DNA of 63,444 nt, the filler included, from Malacoraja senta (lineage: Eukaryota), in the NCBI GenBank assembly GCA_038087875.1. It is 3 parts of 3 records of this genome, joined end to end, with 100 filler letters (N's around TTAATTAATTAA, not from the genome) between each part and the next. Parts side by side here need not be neighbours in the genome. Positions count along the whole stretch, not along the records: positions 28,414 to 54,424 come from JAXLNO010001599.1; 2 more parts are not named here. The stretch is one strand, 5' to 3'. Positions 34,901 to 48,937 of the stretch are shown here, piece by piece (the stretch's first letter is position 1; each line of letters begins with the position of its first letter). Under the pieces are notes generated by a model. That model was not told where the DNA came from and did not search any database. It saw only the letters and a list, made by a program, of their open reading frames with translations. The position numbers and the translations under genes are program-made.

Positions 34901-36806
34901 TTGTGAATGCATTTGATAAACTCATTCAGAAAGAGGAAAGTTACAGAAGGAAGGGCCAGTGATGAGCTTTGCCTGTGGAAATGTGTTCAGGGCTGAAGCT
35001 ATTCACTATATTTATTGAAAGTTGTGATGTCGGATAGAAAGCCACATGATCAAGTTTGCTGCTCACACAAGGCAAGCAGAAGTGTCAACAGAGCATCTAG
35101 ATGGTATCCTTGCTGAGATAAGGATACATGAAGTGAATGGGCAAATCTGTGGCAAGAACCAGCTCTTTAAATGTGTGTGGACCACACCCAAATAGACAAT
35201 AGACAATAGGTGCAGGAGTAGGCCATTCGGCCCTTCGAACCAGCTATCAATGTGATCATGGCTGATCATCCACAATCAGTACCCCGTTCCTGCCTTCTCC
35301 CCATATCCCCTGACTCCGCTATCTTTAAGAGCCCTTTCTATCTCTCTCTTCAAAGTATCCAGAGAACCAGCCTCCACCGCCCTCTGGCAGAGAATTCCAC
35401 AGACTCACAGCTTTCTGTGTGAAACAGTGTTTCCTCGTCTCCATTCTAAATGGCTTACCACTTATTCTTAAACTGTGGCTCCTTGTTCTGGACTCACCCA
35501 ACATCGGGAACATGTTTCCTGCCTCTAGCGTGTCCAAACCCTTAATAATCTTATATGTTTCAATAAGTTTCACCTCTCATCCTTCTAAACTCCAGAGTAT
35601 ACAAGCCTAACCGCTCCATTCTCTCAGCATATGACAGTCCCACCATCCTGGGAATTTACCTTGTAAACCTACGCGGCACTCCCTCAATAGCAAGAATGTC
35701 CTTCCTCAAATTAGGGACCAAAACTGCACACAATACTCCAGGTGTGGTCTCACTAGGGCCCCGTACAACTGCAGAAGGACCTCTTTGCTCCTATACTCAA
35801 CTCCTCTTGTTATGAAGACCAACATGCCATTCGCTTTCTTCACTGCCTGCTGTACCTGCCTGCAAGCTTACTTTCACGGTGCTGAATAAGTTGTCATTTA
35901 AAAGGCTAAAGGAAGATTTGTTTGATGTTTTCACAAAGTTAATGGGAGCAAACAGAATAGATTATCCTGAGATGATCTATTTACACACCTCCACATTCAG
36001 GGACAGTTTCTTCCCAGATGTTATCAGGCAACTGAATCATCCTACCACATCCAGAGAGCGGTCCTGAACTACTATCTCCCTCACTGGAGACCCTCGGACT
36101 ATCTTTGATCGGACTTTACTGGTTTTACCTTGCACTAAACGTTAATCCCTTATCGTGTATGTATACACTGTGAATGACTCATTTGTAATCATGTTTTGTC
36201 TTTCCGCTGACTGGTTAGCACGCAACAAAAGCTTTTCACTGTACCTCGGTACACGTGACAATAAACTAAACTAACTAGATGAGGAGGAATTATTTTTTAG
36301 TTGTGTACAGTGCTCCCTGGGTTACAAATGATCTCCCTGATTTATGGAAATCCAACTTTATACAAAGTACAGGGTCTAAAAGTTCGAGGCAGCCATGCTG
36401 CATGGAAGAGGGTCATGGTGTCTGAAGAAGGGTCTCGACACGAAACCTCACCCATTCCTTCTCTCCAGAGATACTGCCTGTCCCACTGAGTTACTCCAGC
36501 TTTTTGTGTCTATCAGAGGCTCATGGAAGTTTGGAATTGCCTTCCACAGTTGGCATTTGGTTCCAGGTCTGAAGGTGATTTTAAATCTGAGATTGCAGAG
36601 TTTGACTATACGAGATGTTAATGGATGTGGGGGAAAGTCAGCTCAGTGGAGCTGGTGATAGATCTCCACATATCATTGAACAGTGGAACTGACCCGAACC
36701 TCCTGTCTTCCTGTCCTCCTGTTGTCTTCATTTTATTCACACGTTGTTGATCTTCACAAAATATCCGCGGCAAACTAACTGTCTCACCTTCTCATTTGTC
36801 CTGAAG

Positions 36807-36946
36807 CCGGCACAGACTTGACAGAAGAGGAAGGGAAGGAGGAGCTGGGGGACTTGGATGGAGATGACAATGTGCTCACAGTTGCTGCCTTCGCCATCCT
36901 GTTCATTATCAGTTTCCTCTACAGTACCTTCGTCACCGTTGTCAAG
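36807..36946 (+). CDS. IgW: Ig heavy-chain TM1 exon (AGTDLTEEEGKEELGDLDGDDNVLTVAAFAILFIISFLYSTFVTVVK)
   Basis: ctgaag| acceptor in phase 1 matches the CH exons; |gtaatg donor; acidic spacer plus antigen-receptor TM motif (F..LF..SF.YS.FVT.VK). Confidence 0.92.
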
Positions 36947-37077
36947 GTAATGATGACCAATGATAGAGATACTTTGTGACCCCCACACTGTGACCGTCCA
37001 TTCCTCACTACACTGTGTTCTCTGACTCTACAATCCTCACCACACCACGGCCAACAGATGATGCAGTCTGGGACAAT

Positions 37078-40000
37078 AAGGGGGGGAGGGGTGTCAAATG
37101 GATAGTCAGGGACGGAGTTAAAGGGAAAAGGAGTAAAGCGATAGTTAATGACCCCAGAATTAACGGGAAAGAAAGCTCACAAAGGGATAGGAGTGTATGG
37201 CCAACTGTAAAAGGGATCGATGTGAAAGATGAGATGCGTAAGGAATTAAAAGTATTGTATATGAATGCGTGAAGTATAAAAAGTAAAGTAGATGAGCTTG
37301 AGGCTCAGTTACAGGTTGGTAGATATGACATTGTGGGGATTACTGAGACATGGCTGCAGGAGGATCGGGCCTGGGAACTTAATATTCAGGGTTATACAGC
37401 CTATAGAAAGGACAGGCAGGTGGGCAGAGGAGAGGGGTAGCTCTGCTGGTGAGGGATGGAATTCAGTTCCTTGCGAGGGAAGACATTGGGATTGAAGAGG
37501 TAGTCACTGTGGATTGAGTTGAGGAATTGCAAAGGCAAGAAGACACTAATTGGTGTTATCTACAGACCCCCAAATAGTAGCCCGGATGTAGGGTGTAAGT
37601 TGCAGCAGGAGTTAAAACTGGCATGTAACAACGGTAATGCCACTGTGGTGATGGGGGATTTCAATATGCAGGTAGAGTGGGAAAATCAGGTTGGTTCAGG
37701 ACCTCAAGAAAGAGAGTTTGTAGAGTGCCTCCGAGATGGATTCTTAGAGCAGCTTCTAATGGAGCTGACCAGAGAAAAGGCAATTATGGATTTAGTGTTG
37801 TCCAATGAACCAGATTTGACAAGAGAAGTAGAGGTAAAGGAACCGCTTGGAGATAGTGATCATAATATGATTAGTTTTAATCTGCAATTTGAGAAGGCGT
37901 AGGTTAAATCGGAAGTGTCAGTGATGCAGTTGAACAAAGGGGACTATGAAGCCATGAGAGAGGAGGTGGCCAAGGTAGACTGGAAAGGGATCCTAGCAGG
38001 AATGACGGTGGAACGACAATGGCAGGAATTTCTAGGCATAATCTGGAAGACGCAGGATCATTTCATTCCAAAAAGGAAGAAAGATTCTAAGGGGAGTAGG
38101 AGGCAACCGTGGCTGACAAGAGAAGTTAGGGATAGAATAAAACTAAAAGAAAAGATGTATGATACAGCAAATAGTAGCCGGAAGCCAGAGGATTGCGAAA
38201 CTTCCATAGGACAACAGAATGAAAAAATATGGGCTGAAAAGATGAAGTACGAGGGGAAGCTGGCCAGGTATGTAAAGAAGGACAGTAAAAGCTTCTTTGA
38301 TATGTTAAGGGAAAAAGAATAGCAAAGTCAAATGTGGGTTCTCTGAAGGCAGACACGGGTGAAATTATGTTCAAGAAGGAACTGCAGATGCTGCAAAATC
38401 GAAGGTAGACAAAAATGCTGGAGAAACTCAGCGGGTGCGGCAGCATCTATGGAGCGAAGGAAATAGGCAACGTTTCGGGCTGAAACCCTTCTTCAGACAT
38501 CTACCTATGGGAGAAATTATTATGGGGAACATGGAAATGGCAGAAGAGTTGAACAGGTACTTCGGATCTGTCTTCACTAAGGAAGAAACAAACAATCTCC
38601 CAGATGTACTGGAGGACAGAGGATCTAAGGGGGTAGAGGAACTGAAAGAAAATGTCATTAGGCGAGAAATAATATTGGGGAGGCTAATGGGACTGAAGAA
38701 TGAAAAATCCCCTGGGCCTGATTGTCTGTATCCCAGGGTCCTCAGGGAGGTGGCTCTGGAAATAGTGGATGCATTGGCAATCATTTTCCAATGTTCAAAA
38801 GATTCAGGATCAGTTCCTGTGGATTGGAGGATAGCTAATGTTATCCCACTTTTCAAGGAAGGAGCGAGAGAGAAAACGGGGAATTACAGACCAGTTAGCC
38901 TGACTTCGGTGGTGGGAAAGATGCTGCTCAATTATTAAAGAGGTAATGATGGGGCATTTGGATAGCAGTAAAAGGATTTGTCCAAGTCAGCATGGATTTT
39001 TGAAAGGAAAATCATGCTTGACTAATCTTCTGGAATTTTTTAAGGATGTGACAAGTAAAATCGATGAACGGGAGCCAGAGGATGTAGTGTATCTAGACTT
39101 TCAGAAAGCCTTTGATGAGGTCCCGCATGGGAGACTGGTGACTAAAATTAGAGCTCATGGTATTGGGGGTAGGGTGTTGACATGGATAGAACATTATTTG
39201 GCAGACAGGAAGCAAAGAGTAGGAGTGTATGGATCCTTTTCAGAAAGGCAGGCAGTGGCGAGTGGAGTGCCGCAAGGCTCTCTGTTGGGGCCGCAACTGT
39301 TTACCATATATATTAATGATTTGGAAGAGGGAATTAGAAGCAACACTAGCAAGTTTGCAGATGACACAAAGCTGGGTGGCAGTGTGAACTGTAAAGAGGA
39401 TGTTAGGAGGTTGCAGGGTGACCTGGACAGGTTGAGTGAGTGGGCAGTTACGTGGCAGATGCAGTATATATAGATAAATGTGAGGTTATCAGCTTTGGCG
39501 GCAAAAACAAGGGGGAAGATTATTATCTCAATGGGGTTAGGTTAGGTAAGGGGGAGGTACAGCGAGACCTGGGGGTCCTTGTACACCAGTCACTGAAAGT
39601 TGGCGTGCAGGTAAAACAGGCAGTGAAGAAAGCTAATGGAATGTTGGCCTTCATAACAAGAGGATTTCAGTATAGGAGTAAAGAGGTTCTTCTGCAGTTC
39701 TATGGGGCTCTGGTAAGACCACATCTGGAGTATTGTGTTTGAGGCAGTGCAGCATAGGTTCACGAGATTGATCCCTGGGATGGTGGGACTGTCATATGAG
39801 GAAAGATTGAATAGACTAGGCTTGTATTCACTGGAGTTTAGAAGGATGAGGGGAGATCTTATAGAAATATATAAAATTATATAAGGACTGGACAAGCTAG
39901 ATGCAGGAAAAATGTTCCCAATGTTGGGCGAGTCCAGAACCAGGGGCCACAGTCTTAGAATAAAGGGGAGGCCATTTAAGACTGAGGTGAGAAAAAACGT

Positions 40001-40242
40001 TTTCACCCAGAGAGTTGTGAATTTGTGGAATTCCCTGCCACAGAGGGCAGTGGAGGCCAAATCACTGGTGGATTTAAGAGAGAGTTAGATAGAGCTCTAG
40101 GGGCTAGTGGAATCAAGGGATATGGGTAGAAGGCAGGCACGAGTTATTGATTGGGGATAATCAGCCATGATCACAATGAATGGCGGTGCTGGCTCGAAGG
40201 GCCGAATGGCCTCTTCCTGCACCTATTTTCTATGTTTCTATG
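37078..40242 (+). mobile_element. CR1 LINE (APE endonuclease + RT), disrupted ORF2
   Basis: IGVIYRPP, GDFN, LGDSDHNMI, NYRPVSLTS, GVPQGSLLGP, KFADDTKL; CR1 3' tail. Confidence 0.95.
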
Positions 40243-41033
40243 GTACCCATCACATCCCCCTGGTCTTTGAACCTTTCCTCTTTATTCCTGTCCTCTGGGC
40301 CTCGATACAGCAAACATTCATAGAACGTTGGGTATTTGGGGCAATGACCCTGAGCTCAAACATGGAAATCAAATAAACGTTGTATTCATGTCAAATGTTG
40401 GGCGGCACGGTGGCACAGCGATAGAGCTGCTGCCTTACAGCGCCAGAGACCCGGGTTCCGTCCTGACTACGGGTGCTGTCTGTACGGAGTTTGTACGTTC
40501 TCCCCGTGACCTGCGTGGGTCTTCTCCGACATCTTCCGTTTCCTCCCAAACTCCAAAGATGTACAGGTTTGTAGGTTAATTGGCTTGGTGTAAATGTAAA
40601 AAATTGTTCCTAGTGTGTGTAGGGTAGTGTTAATGTGCGGGGATCGCTGGTTGGTGCAGTCTCGGTGGGCTGAAGGGCTTGTTTCCATGCTGTATCACTA
40701 AACTACAACTAACAGGGTACTCCGTATCTGAAACCTGAGCCGAGGTACGGAACCTCTCTTCAACCCACAACTGGTATTCAGACTGTGTATCCCTTAGAGT
40801 TGACCTGGGCCACTAATGAAAGACCACCTGTCCATGAGGGTCCAGCTCCTACAAACATGCACAGACTACCAATCCTCGAGGGTCCTAGAAATGTTGCAGA
40901 CCCCCTGTCCATGAGGGTCTATCTCCGACATTCAGGACAGACTGTCTGTTATTTAGTTTGCCTGTCCCTACAGATCACCATCTGTGCTGCACCTTGCCAC
41001 ACACAATGTCTGACTTTCCTGTGTATATTACAG

Positions 41034-41045
41034 GTGCAGCAATGA
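41034..41045 (+). CDS. IgW: Probable Ig TM2 exon (VQQ-stop); duplicate at 47698-47709
   Basis: CTGAC branch-like site and pyrimidine tract then ttacag|GTGCAGCAATGA; phase 0 matches TM1; AATAAA at 41627-41632. Confidence 0.55.
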   Translation: MQQ

Positions 41046-43503
41046 CCAGCCGACACACACGCCACATTCACTCAAGAGATCGCCATGCAGCTGCTGACGT
41101 TGGCAAATGGAGTCTCCCTGTCTTTCACTCACTCGCTCGGCAATCCGAGGCCACTGCACTGCAAACGCTCATTTCAGGAGATAAACTTGGAAATGCACTG
41201 GGGATGCTGGGGAAGAAACTGGTTGTGACTGAGGGGCGTGGGTGGGGGAGGGGGGTGGTGGGGGGGACAGGATAGGACATTATAGTTGGAAAATGTCAGG
41301 GTATGAGACACTGGAGTGGGTGGCATTCAGGAGTGGGAGAGGAAGGCAGGATTAATGTTTGCAAAAGGGGAGCAGGGGATGGGAATGTGATGAGTGAAGG
41401 AGAAGAGGGGAGTGTGGGAGGGGGAGGGATACGCTGATATTGTGGAGCAAGAAGGGGGCATGGGGAGGGGAGAAGGAACAGGAAGCAATGTGGTGGAGGG
41501 GGGGCCGATGCTTGGGGACTTGCTCAATCAGATTTTGTAAACCAGATGTTGTTTAACTCATTATCTGCAGCTTATTTTTTAATTTTTCTGCTGAACTGCA
41601 TGTTTTCATTTGAAATTAGATACATAAATAAAAGAAAATAACAAGAACATGAAATGTTTGGAGTTGAACATCACTTTACTCATCACTTTAGGGACTTCAG
41701 CTGAGGATATTGCCAGGACATTTACGAGGATGTTGCCAGGACTAGAGGGTGCGAGAGAGGTTGAGCAGGCTGGGTCTCTATTCTATGGAGCATAGGAGGA
41801 TGAGAGGTGATCTTATAGAAGTGTACAAAATCATAAGAGGAATAGATCGGGTAGATGCACAGAGTCTTTTACCCAGAGTAGGGGAATCGAGGACCAGTGG
41901 ACATGGGTTCAAGGTGAATGGGAAAATATTTTAAAGGAATCTGAGGGGTAACATTTTCACACAGAGGGTGGTGGGTGTGTGGAACAAGCTGCCAGAGGAG
42001 GTAGTCCATCGTTTAAGAAACAGTTAGACAGGTACATGGACAGGTTTGGAGGGATATGGACCAAGTGCAGGCAAGTGGGATTAGGCAGCTGGGACATTGT
42101 TGGCCGGTGTGGGCGTGTTGGGCTGAAGGGCCTGTTTCCACACTGTATTAATCTATGACTCTATGAGTGCTCCAAATACACCAGATACTGGGCTAAAACA
42201 CATCAGGAGAGGAGTACATGGACAGGTTCCGAATAGGATACAACAGATACTGAAGAGTCAACACCAGCACCTTTGAAACAAATTTATTCATGGATAACCC
42301 CTTGAGATGGACAGTCATCTCATTTTCGAGGGGGTCCAACATAGAACATACAGCACAAGACATAACATATCTAGAGGCTCTCATTGACCCACCTACCCAA
42401 ACACCAATCCCAAAACCCCTCCATCCCCACTTGTTATAGTTTATAACAATTGTTAATTAACTTTACATATCCAATAATAACAATAGTTATGTGTTACAGC
42501 ATAATGTTAGTGCATAATACCATATACCACCTATCATACATCGTACGTTAATATATACTATCAACATAATTACATAATATATTATTTCATGATATTGTGA
42601 CATAATACAATATGAGACCTTGTTACACTATGCAATACAATAATACATAAGTGTAATGGCCATGCATATACAATAGTTATGCCAAATGATCACACTCAGA
42701 GCAAGCTAAATAAAGGAGCTCGAAGACTCTAATACTAGAAACAGGTACATGGTTTTATAAGGAAAGGTAAAAGTGTATTTTTAAATAGACGAAATGAGCT
42801 AATAGTTCTTATGGTACTAGGCAGAGTGTTCCAGTCAGAAGGAGCTTTGAATTTAAATGCACGTCTCCCAATTTCTTTGTTAGTTCTTGGAATGAAAAAG
42901 AAGGGTTGCTGAATATGTCTTAGTGAATATGAGGGTGTGTATGGTAATAGGTCTTGTTTTAAATAAGAAGGGTAATTGAGGTGGATGCATTTAAAGATGA
43001 ACTGGAACTGGAACCAGTGGTAGCATCTTCGAGCGTGGGGGGATAACAAGTTTAGAGTTTCGTACATAGAACAGTCGTGAGTTATATATGGACACCTTAA
43101 AATAAATCTGCAAAGACTATTATAAACTACATTAAGGGGTTGAAGATGTATATCAAATGTATTCTGATAGACAATATCAGCATAATCCAGTGTTGGTAGT
43201 AGTAGTTGAGAGACAATTCTTTTTCTCATCTGAAAGGTGAAACAATTTATATGGCGATAAAGAATAGCTAGATTACAGCTAAGTTTTTTAGTAATCGTCT
43301 CACTATGCTGCGTAAATGAAAGCGTTGGGTCAAGCCAAACACCAAGATATTTGAAGTTCAATACTTGTTCTAATGGTGATCCTTCATTAAATGATATAGT
43401 CAGATCTACAGAATTACCAAGGCCTTGTCTGGTACCAAATAACATACTGCATGATTTATTTTTATTTAAAATTAATTTGTTAAATAATAGCCATTTCTGA
43501 ACA

Positions 43504-43615
43504 GAAGGAGGAGCTGCGGGACTTGGATGGAGATGACAATGTGCTCACAGTTGCTGCCTTCGCCATCCTGTTCATTATCAGTTTCCTCTACAGTACCTTC
43601 GTCACCGTTGTCAAG
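43504..43615 (+). pseudogene. 5'-truncated duplicate of TM1 exon
   Basis: Starts at the duplication junction and lacks the native acceptor; nearby AGs give phase 0, out of frame with CH exons. Confidence 0.85.
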
Positions 43616-43746
43616 GTAATGATGACCAATGATAGAGATACTTTGTGACCCCCACACTGTGACCGTCCATTCCTCACTACACTGTGTTCTCTGACTCTAC
43701 AATCCTCACCACACCACGGCCAACAGATGATGCAGTCTGGGACAAT

Positions 43747-46700
43747 AAGGGGGGAGGGGTGTCAAATGGATAGTCAGGGACGGAGTTAAAGGGAAAAGGA
43801 GTAAAGCGATAGTTAATGACCCCAGAATTAACGGGAAAGAAAGCTCACAAAGGGATAGGAGTGTATGGCCAACTTTAAAAGGGATCGATGTGAAAGGTGA
43901 GATGCGTAAGGAATTAAAAGTATTGTATATGAATGCGTGAAGTATAAAAAGTAAAGTAGATGAGCTTGAGGCTCAGTTACAGGTTGGTAGATATGACATT
44001 GTGGGGATTACTGAGACATGGCTGCAGGAGGATCGGGCCTGGGAACTTAATATTCAGGGTTATACAGCCTATAGAAAGGACAGGCAGGTGGGCAGAGGAG
44101 AGGGGTAGCTCTGCTGGTGAGGGATGGAATTCAGTTCCTTGCGAGGGAAGACATTGGGATTGAAGAGGTAGTCACTGTGGATTGAGTTGAGGAATTGCAA
44201 AGGCAAGAAGACACTAATTGGTGTTATCTACAGACCCCCAAATAGTAGCCCGGATGTAGGGTGTAAGTTGCAGCAGGAGTTAAAACTGGCATGTAACAAC
44301 GGTAATGTCACTGTGGTGATGGGGGATTTCAATATGCAGGTAGACTGGGAAAATCAGGTTGGTTCAGGACCTCAAGAAAGAGAGTTTGTAGAGTGCCTCC
44401 GAGATGGATTCTTAGAGCAGCTTCTAATGGAGCTGACCAGAGAAAAGGCAATTATGGATTTAGTGTTGTCCAATGAACCAGATTTGACAAGAGAAGTAGA
44501 GGTAAAGGAACCGCTTGGAGATAGTGATCATAATATGATTAGTTTTAATCTGCAATTTGAGAAGGCGTAGGTTAAATCAGAAGTGTCAGTGATGCAGTTG
44601 AACAAAGGGGACTATGAAGCCATGAGAGAGGAGGTGGCCAAGGTAGACTGGAAAGGGATCCTAGCAGGAATGACGGTGGAACGACAATGGCAGGAATTTC
44701 TGGGCATAATCTGGAAGACGCGGGATCATTTCATTCCAAAAAGGAAGAAAGATTCTAAGGGGAGTAGGAGGCAACCGTGGCTGACAAGAGAAGTTAGGGA
44801 TAGAATAAAACTAAAAGAAAAGATGTATAATACAGCAAATAGTAGCCGGAAGCCAGAGGATTGCGAAACTTCCATAGGACAACAGAATGAAAAAATATGG
44901 GCTGAAAAGATGAAGTACGAGGGGAAGCTGGCCAGGTATGTAAAGAAGGACAGTAAAAGCTTCTTTGATATGTTAAGGGAAAAAGAATAGCAAAGTCAAA
45001 TGTGGGTTCTCTGAAGGCAGACACGGGTGAAATTATGTTCAAGAAGGAACTGCAGATGCTGCAAAATCGAAGGTAGACAAAAATGCTGGAGAAACTCAGC
45101 GGGTGCGGCAGCATCTATGGAGCGAAGGAAATAGGCAACGTTTCGGGCTGAAACCCTTCTTCAGACATCTACCTATGGGAGAAATTATTATGGGGAACAT
45201 GGAAATGGCAGAAGAGTTGAACAGGTACTTCGGATCTGTCTTCACTAAGGAAGAAACAAACAATCTCCCAGGTACTGGAGGACAGAGGATCTAAGGGGGT
45301 AGAGGAACTGAAAGAAAATGTCATTAGGCGAGAAATAATATTGGGGAGGCTAATGGGACTGAAGAATGAAAAATCCCCTGGGTCTGATTGTCTGTATCCC
45401 AGGGTCCTCAGGGAGGTGGCTCTAGAAATAGTGGATGCATTGGCAATCATTTTCCAATGTTCAAAAGATTCAGGATCAGTTCCTGTGGATTGGAGGATAG
45501 CTAATGTTATCCCACTTTTCAAGGAAGGAGCGAGAGAGAAAACGGGGAATTACAGACCAGTTAGCCTGACTTCGGTGGTGGGAAAGATGCTGCTCAATTA
45601 TTAAAGAGGTAATGATGGGGCATTTGGATAGCAGTAAAAGGATTTGTCCAAGTCAGCATGGATTTATGAAAGGAAAATCATGCTTGACTAATCTTCTGGA
45701 ATTTTTTAAGGATGTGACAAGTAAAATCGATGAACGGGAGCCAGAGGATGTAGTGTATCTAGACTTTCAGAAAGCCTTTGATGAGGTCCCGCATGGGAGA
45801 CTGGTGACTAAAATTAGAGCTCATGGTATTGGGGGTAGGGTGTTGACATGGATAGAACATTATTTGGCAGACAGGAAGCAAAGAGTAGGAGTGTATGGAT
45901 CCTTTTCAGAAAGGCAGGCAGTGGCGAGTGGAGTGCCGCAAGGCTCTCTGTTGGGGCCGCAACTGTTTACCATATATATTAATGATTTGGAAGAGGGAAT
46001 TAGAAGCAACACTAGCAAGTTTGCAGATGACACAAAGCTGGGTGGCAGTGTGAACTGTAAAGAGGATGTTAGGAGGTTGCAGGGTGACCTGGACAGGTTG
46101 AGTGAGTGGGCAGTTACGTGGCAGATGCAGTATATATAGATAAATGTGAGGTTATCAGCTTTGGCGGCAAAAACAAGGGGGAAGATTATTATCTCAATGG
46201 GGTTAGGTTAGGTAAGGGGGAGGTACAACGAGACCTGGGGGTCCTTGTACACCAGTCACTGAAAGTTGGCGTGCAGGTAAAACAGGCAGTGAAGAAAGCT
46301 AATGGAATGTTGGCCTTCATAACAAGAGGATTTCAGTATAGGAGTAAAGAGGTTCTTCTGCAGTTGTATGGGGCTCTGGTAAGACCACATCTGGAGTATT
46401 GTGTTTGAGGCAGTGCAGCATAGGTTCACGAGATTGATCCCTGGGATGGTGGGACTGTCATATGAGGAAAGATTGAATAGACTAGGCTTGTATTCACTGG
46501 AGTTTAGAAGGATGAGGGGAGATCTTATAGAAATATATAAAATTATATAAGGACTGGACAAGCTAGATGCAGGAAAAATGTTCCCAATGTTGGGCGAGTC
46601 CAGAACCAGGGGCCACAGTCTTAGAATAAAGGGGAGGCCATTTAAGACTGAGGTGAGAAAAAACGTTTTCACCCAGAGAGTTGTGAATTTGTGGAATTCC

Positions 46701-46908
46701 CTGCCACAGAGGGCAGTGGAGGCCAAATCACTGGTGGATTTAAGAGAGAGTTAGATAGAGCTCTAGGGGCTAGTGGAATCAAGGGATATGGGTAGAAGGC
46801 AGGCACGAGTTATTGATTGGGGATAATCAGCCATGATCACAATGAATGGCGGTGCTGGCTCGAAGGGCCGAATGGCCTCTTCCTGCACCTATTTTCTATG
46901 TTTCTATG
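43747..46908 (+). mobile_element. CR1 LINE, duplicated copy
   Basis: Near-identical to 37078-40242. Confidence 0.95.
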
Positions 46909-48937
46909 GTACCCATCACATCCCCCTGGTCTTTGAACCTTTCCTCTTTATTCCTGTCCTCTGGGCCTCGATACAGCAAACATTCATAGAACGTTGGGTA
47001 TTTGGGGCAATGACCCTGAGCTCAAACATGGAAATCAAACAAACGTTGTATTCATGTCAAATGTTGGGCGGCACGGTGGCACAGCGATAGAGTTGCTGCC
47101 TTACAGCGCCAGAGACCCGGGTTCCGTCCTGACTACGGGTGCTGTCTGTACGGAGTTTGTACGTTCTCCCCGTGACCTGCGTGGGTCTTCTCCGACATCT
47201 TCCGTTTCCTCCCAAACTCCAAAGATGTACAGGTTTGTAGGTTAATTGGCTTGGTGTAAATGTAAAAAATTGTTCCTAGTGTGTGTAGGGTAGTGTTAAT
47301 GTGCGGGGATCGCTGGTTGGTGCAGTCCCGGTGGGCTGAAGGGCTTGTTTCCATGCTGTATCACTGAACTACAACTAACAGGGTACTCCGTATCTGAAAT
47401 CTGAGCCGAGGTACGGAACCTCTCTTCAACCCACAACTGGTATTCAGACTGTATCCCTTAGAGTTGACCTGGGCCACTAATGAAAGACCACCTGTCCATG
47501 AGGGTCCAGCTCCTACAAACATGCACAGACTACCAATCCTCGAGGGTCCTAGAAATGTTGCAGACCCCCTGTCCATGAGGGTCTATCTCCGAGATTCAGG
47601 ACAGACTGTCTGTTATTTAGTTTGCCTGTCCCTACAGATCACCATCTGTGCTGCACCTTGCCACACACAATGTCTGACTTTCCTGTGTATATTACAGGTG
47701 CAGCAATGACCAACCGACACACACGCCACATTCACTCAAGAGATCGCCATGCAGCTGCTGACGTTGGCAAATGGAGTCTCCCTGTCTTTCACTCACTCGC
47801 TCGGCAATCCGAGGCTACTGCACTGCAAACGCTCATTTCAGGAGATAAACTTGGAAATGCACTGGGGATGCTGGGGAAGAAACTGGTTGTGACTGAGGGG
47901 CGTGGGTGGGGGAGGGGGGTGGTGGGGGGGACAGGATAGGACATTATAGTTGGAAAATGTCAGGGTATGAGACACTGGAGTGGGTGGCATTCAGGAGTGG
48001 GAGAGGAAGGCAGGATTAATGTTTGCAAAAGGGGAGCAGGGGATGGGAATGTGATGAGTGAAGGAGAAGAGGGGAGTGTGGGAGGGGGAGGGATGCGCTG
48101 ATATTGTGGAGCAAGAAGGGGGCATGGGGAGGGGAGAAGGAACAGGAAGCAATGTGGTGGAGGGGGGGCCGATGCTTGGGGACTTGCTCAAACAGATTTT
48201 GTAAACCAGATGTTGTTTAACTCATTATCTGCAGCTTATTTTTTAATTTTTCTGCTGAACTGCATGTTTTCATTTGAAATTAGATACATAAATAAAAGAA
48301 AATAACAAGAACATGAAATGTTTGGAGTTGATCATCACTTTACTCATCACTTTAGGGACTTCAGCTGAGGATGTTGCCAGGACATTTACGAGGATGTTGC
48401 CAGGACTAGAGGGTGCGAGAGAGGTTGAGCAGGCTGGGTCTCTATTCTATGGAGCATAGGAGGATGAGAGGTGATCTTATAGAAGTGTACAAAATCATAA
48501 GAGGAATAGATCGGGTAGATGCACAGAGTCTTTTACCCAGAGTAGGGGAATCGAGGACCAGTGGACATGGGTTCAAGGTGAATGGGAAAATATTTTAAAG
48601 GAATCTGAGGGGTAACATTTTCACACAGAGGGTGGTGGGTGTGTGGAACAAGCTGCCAGAGGAGGGTAGTCCATCGTTTAAGAAACAGTTAGACAGGTAC
48701 ATGGACAGGTTTGGAGGGATATGGACCAAGTGCAGGCAAGTGGGATTAGGCAGCTGGGACATTGTTGGCCGGTGTGGGCGTGTTGGGCTGAAGGGCCTGT
48801 TTCCACACTGTATTAATCTATGACTCTATGAGTGCTCCAAATACACCAGATACTGGGCTAAAACACATCAGGAGAGGAGTACATGGACAGGTTCCGAATA
48901 GGATACAACAGATACTGAAGAGTCAACACCAGCACCT

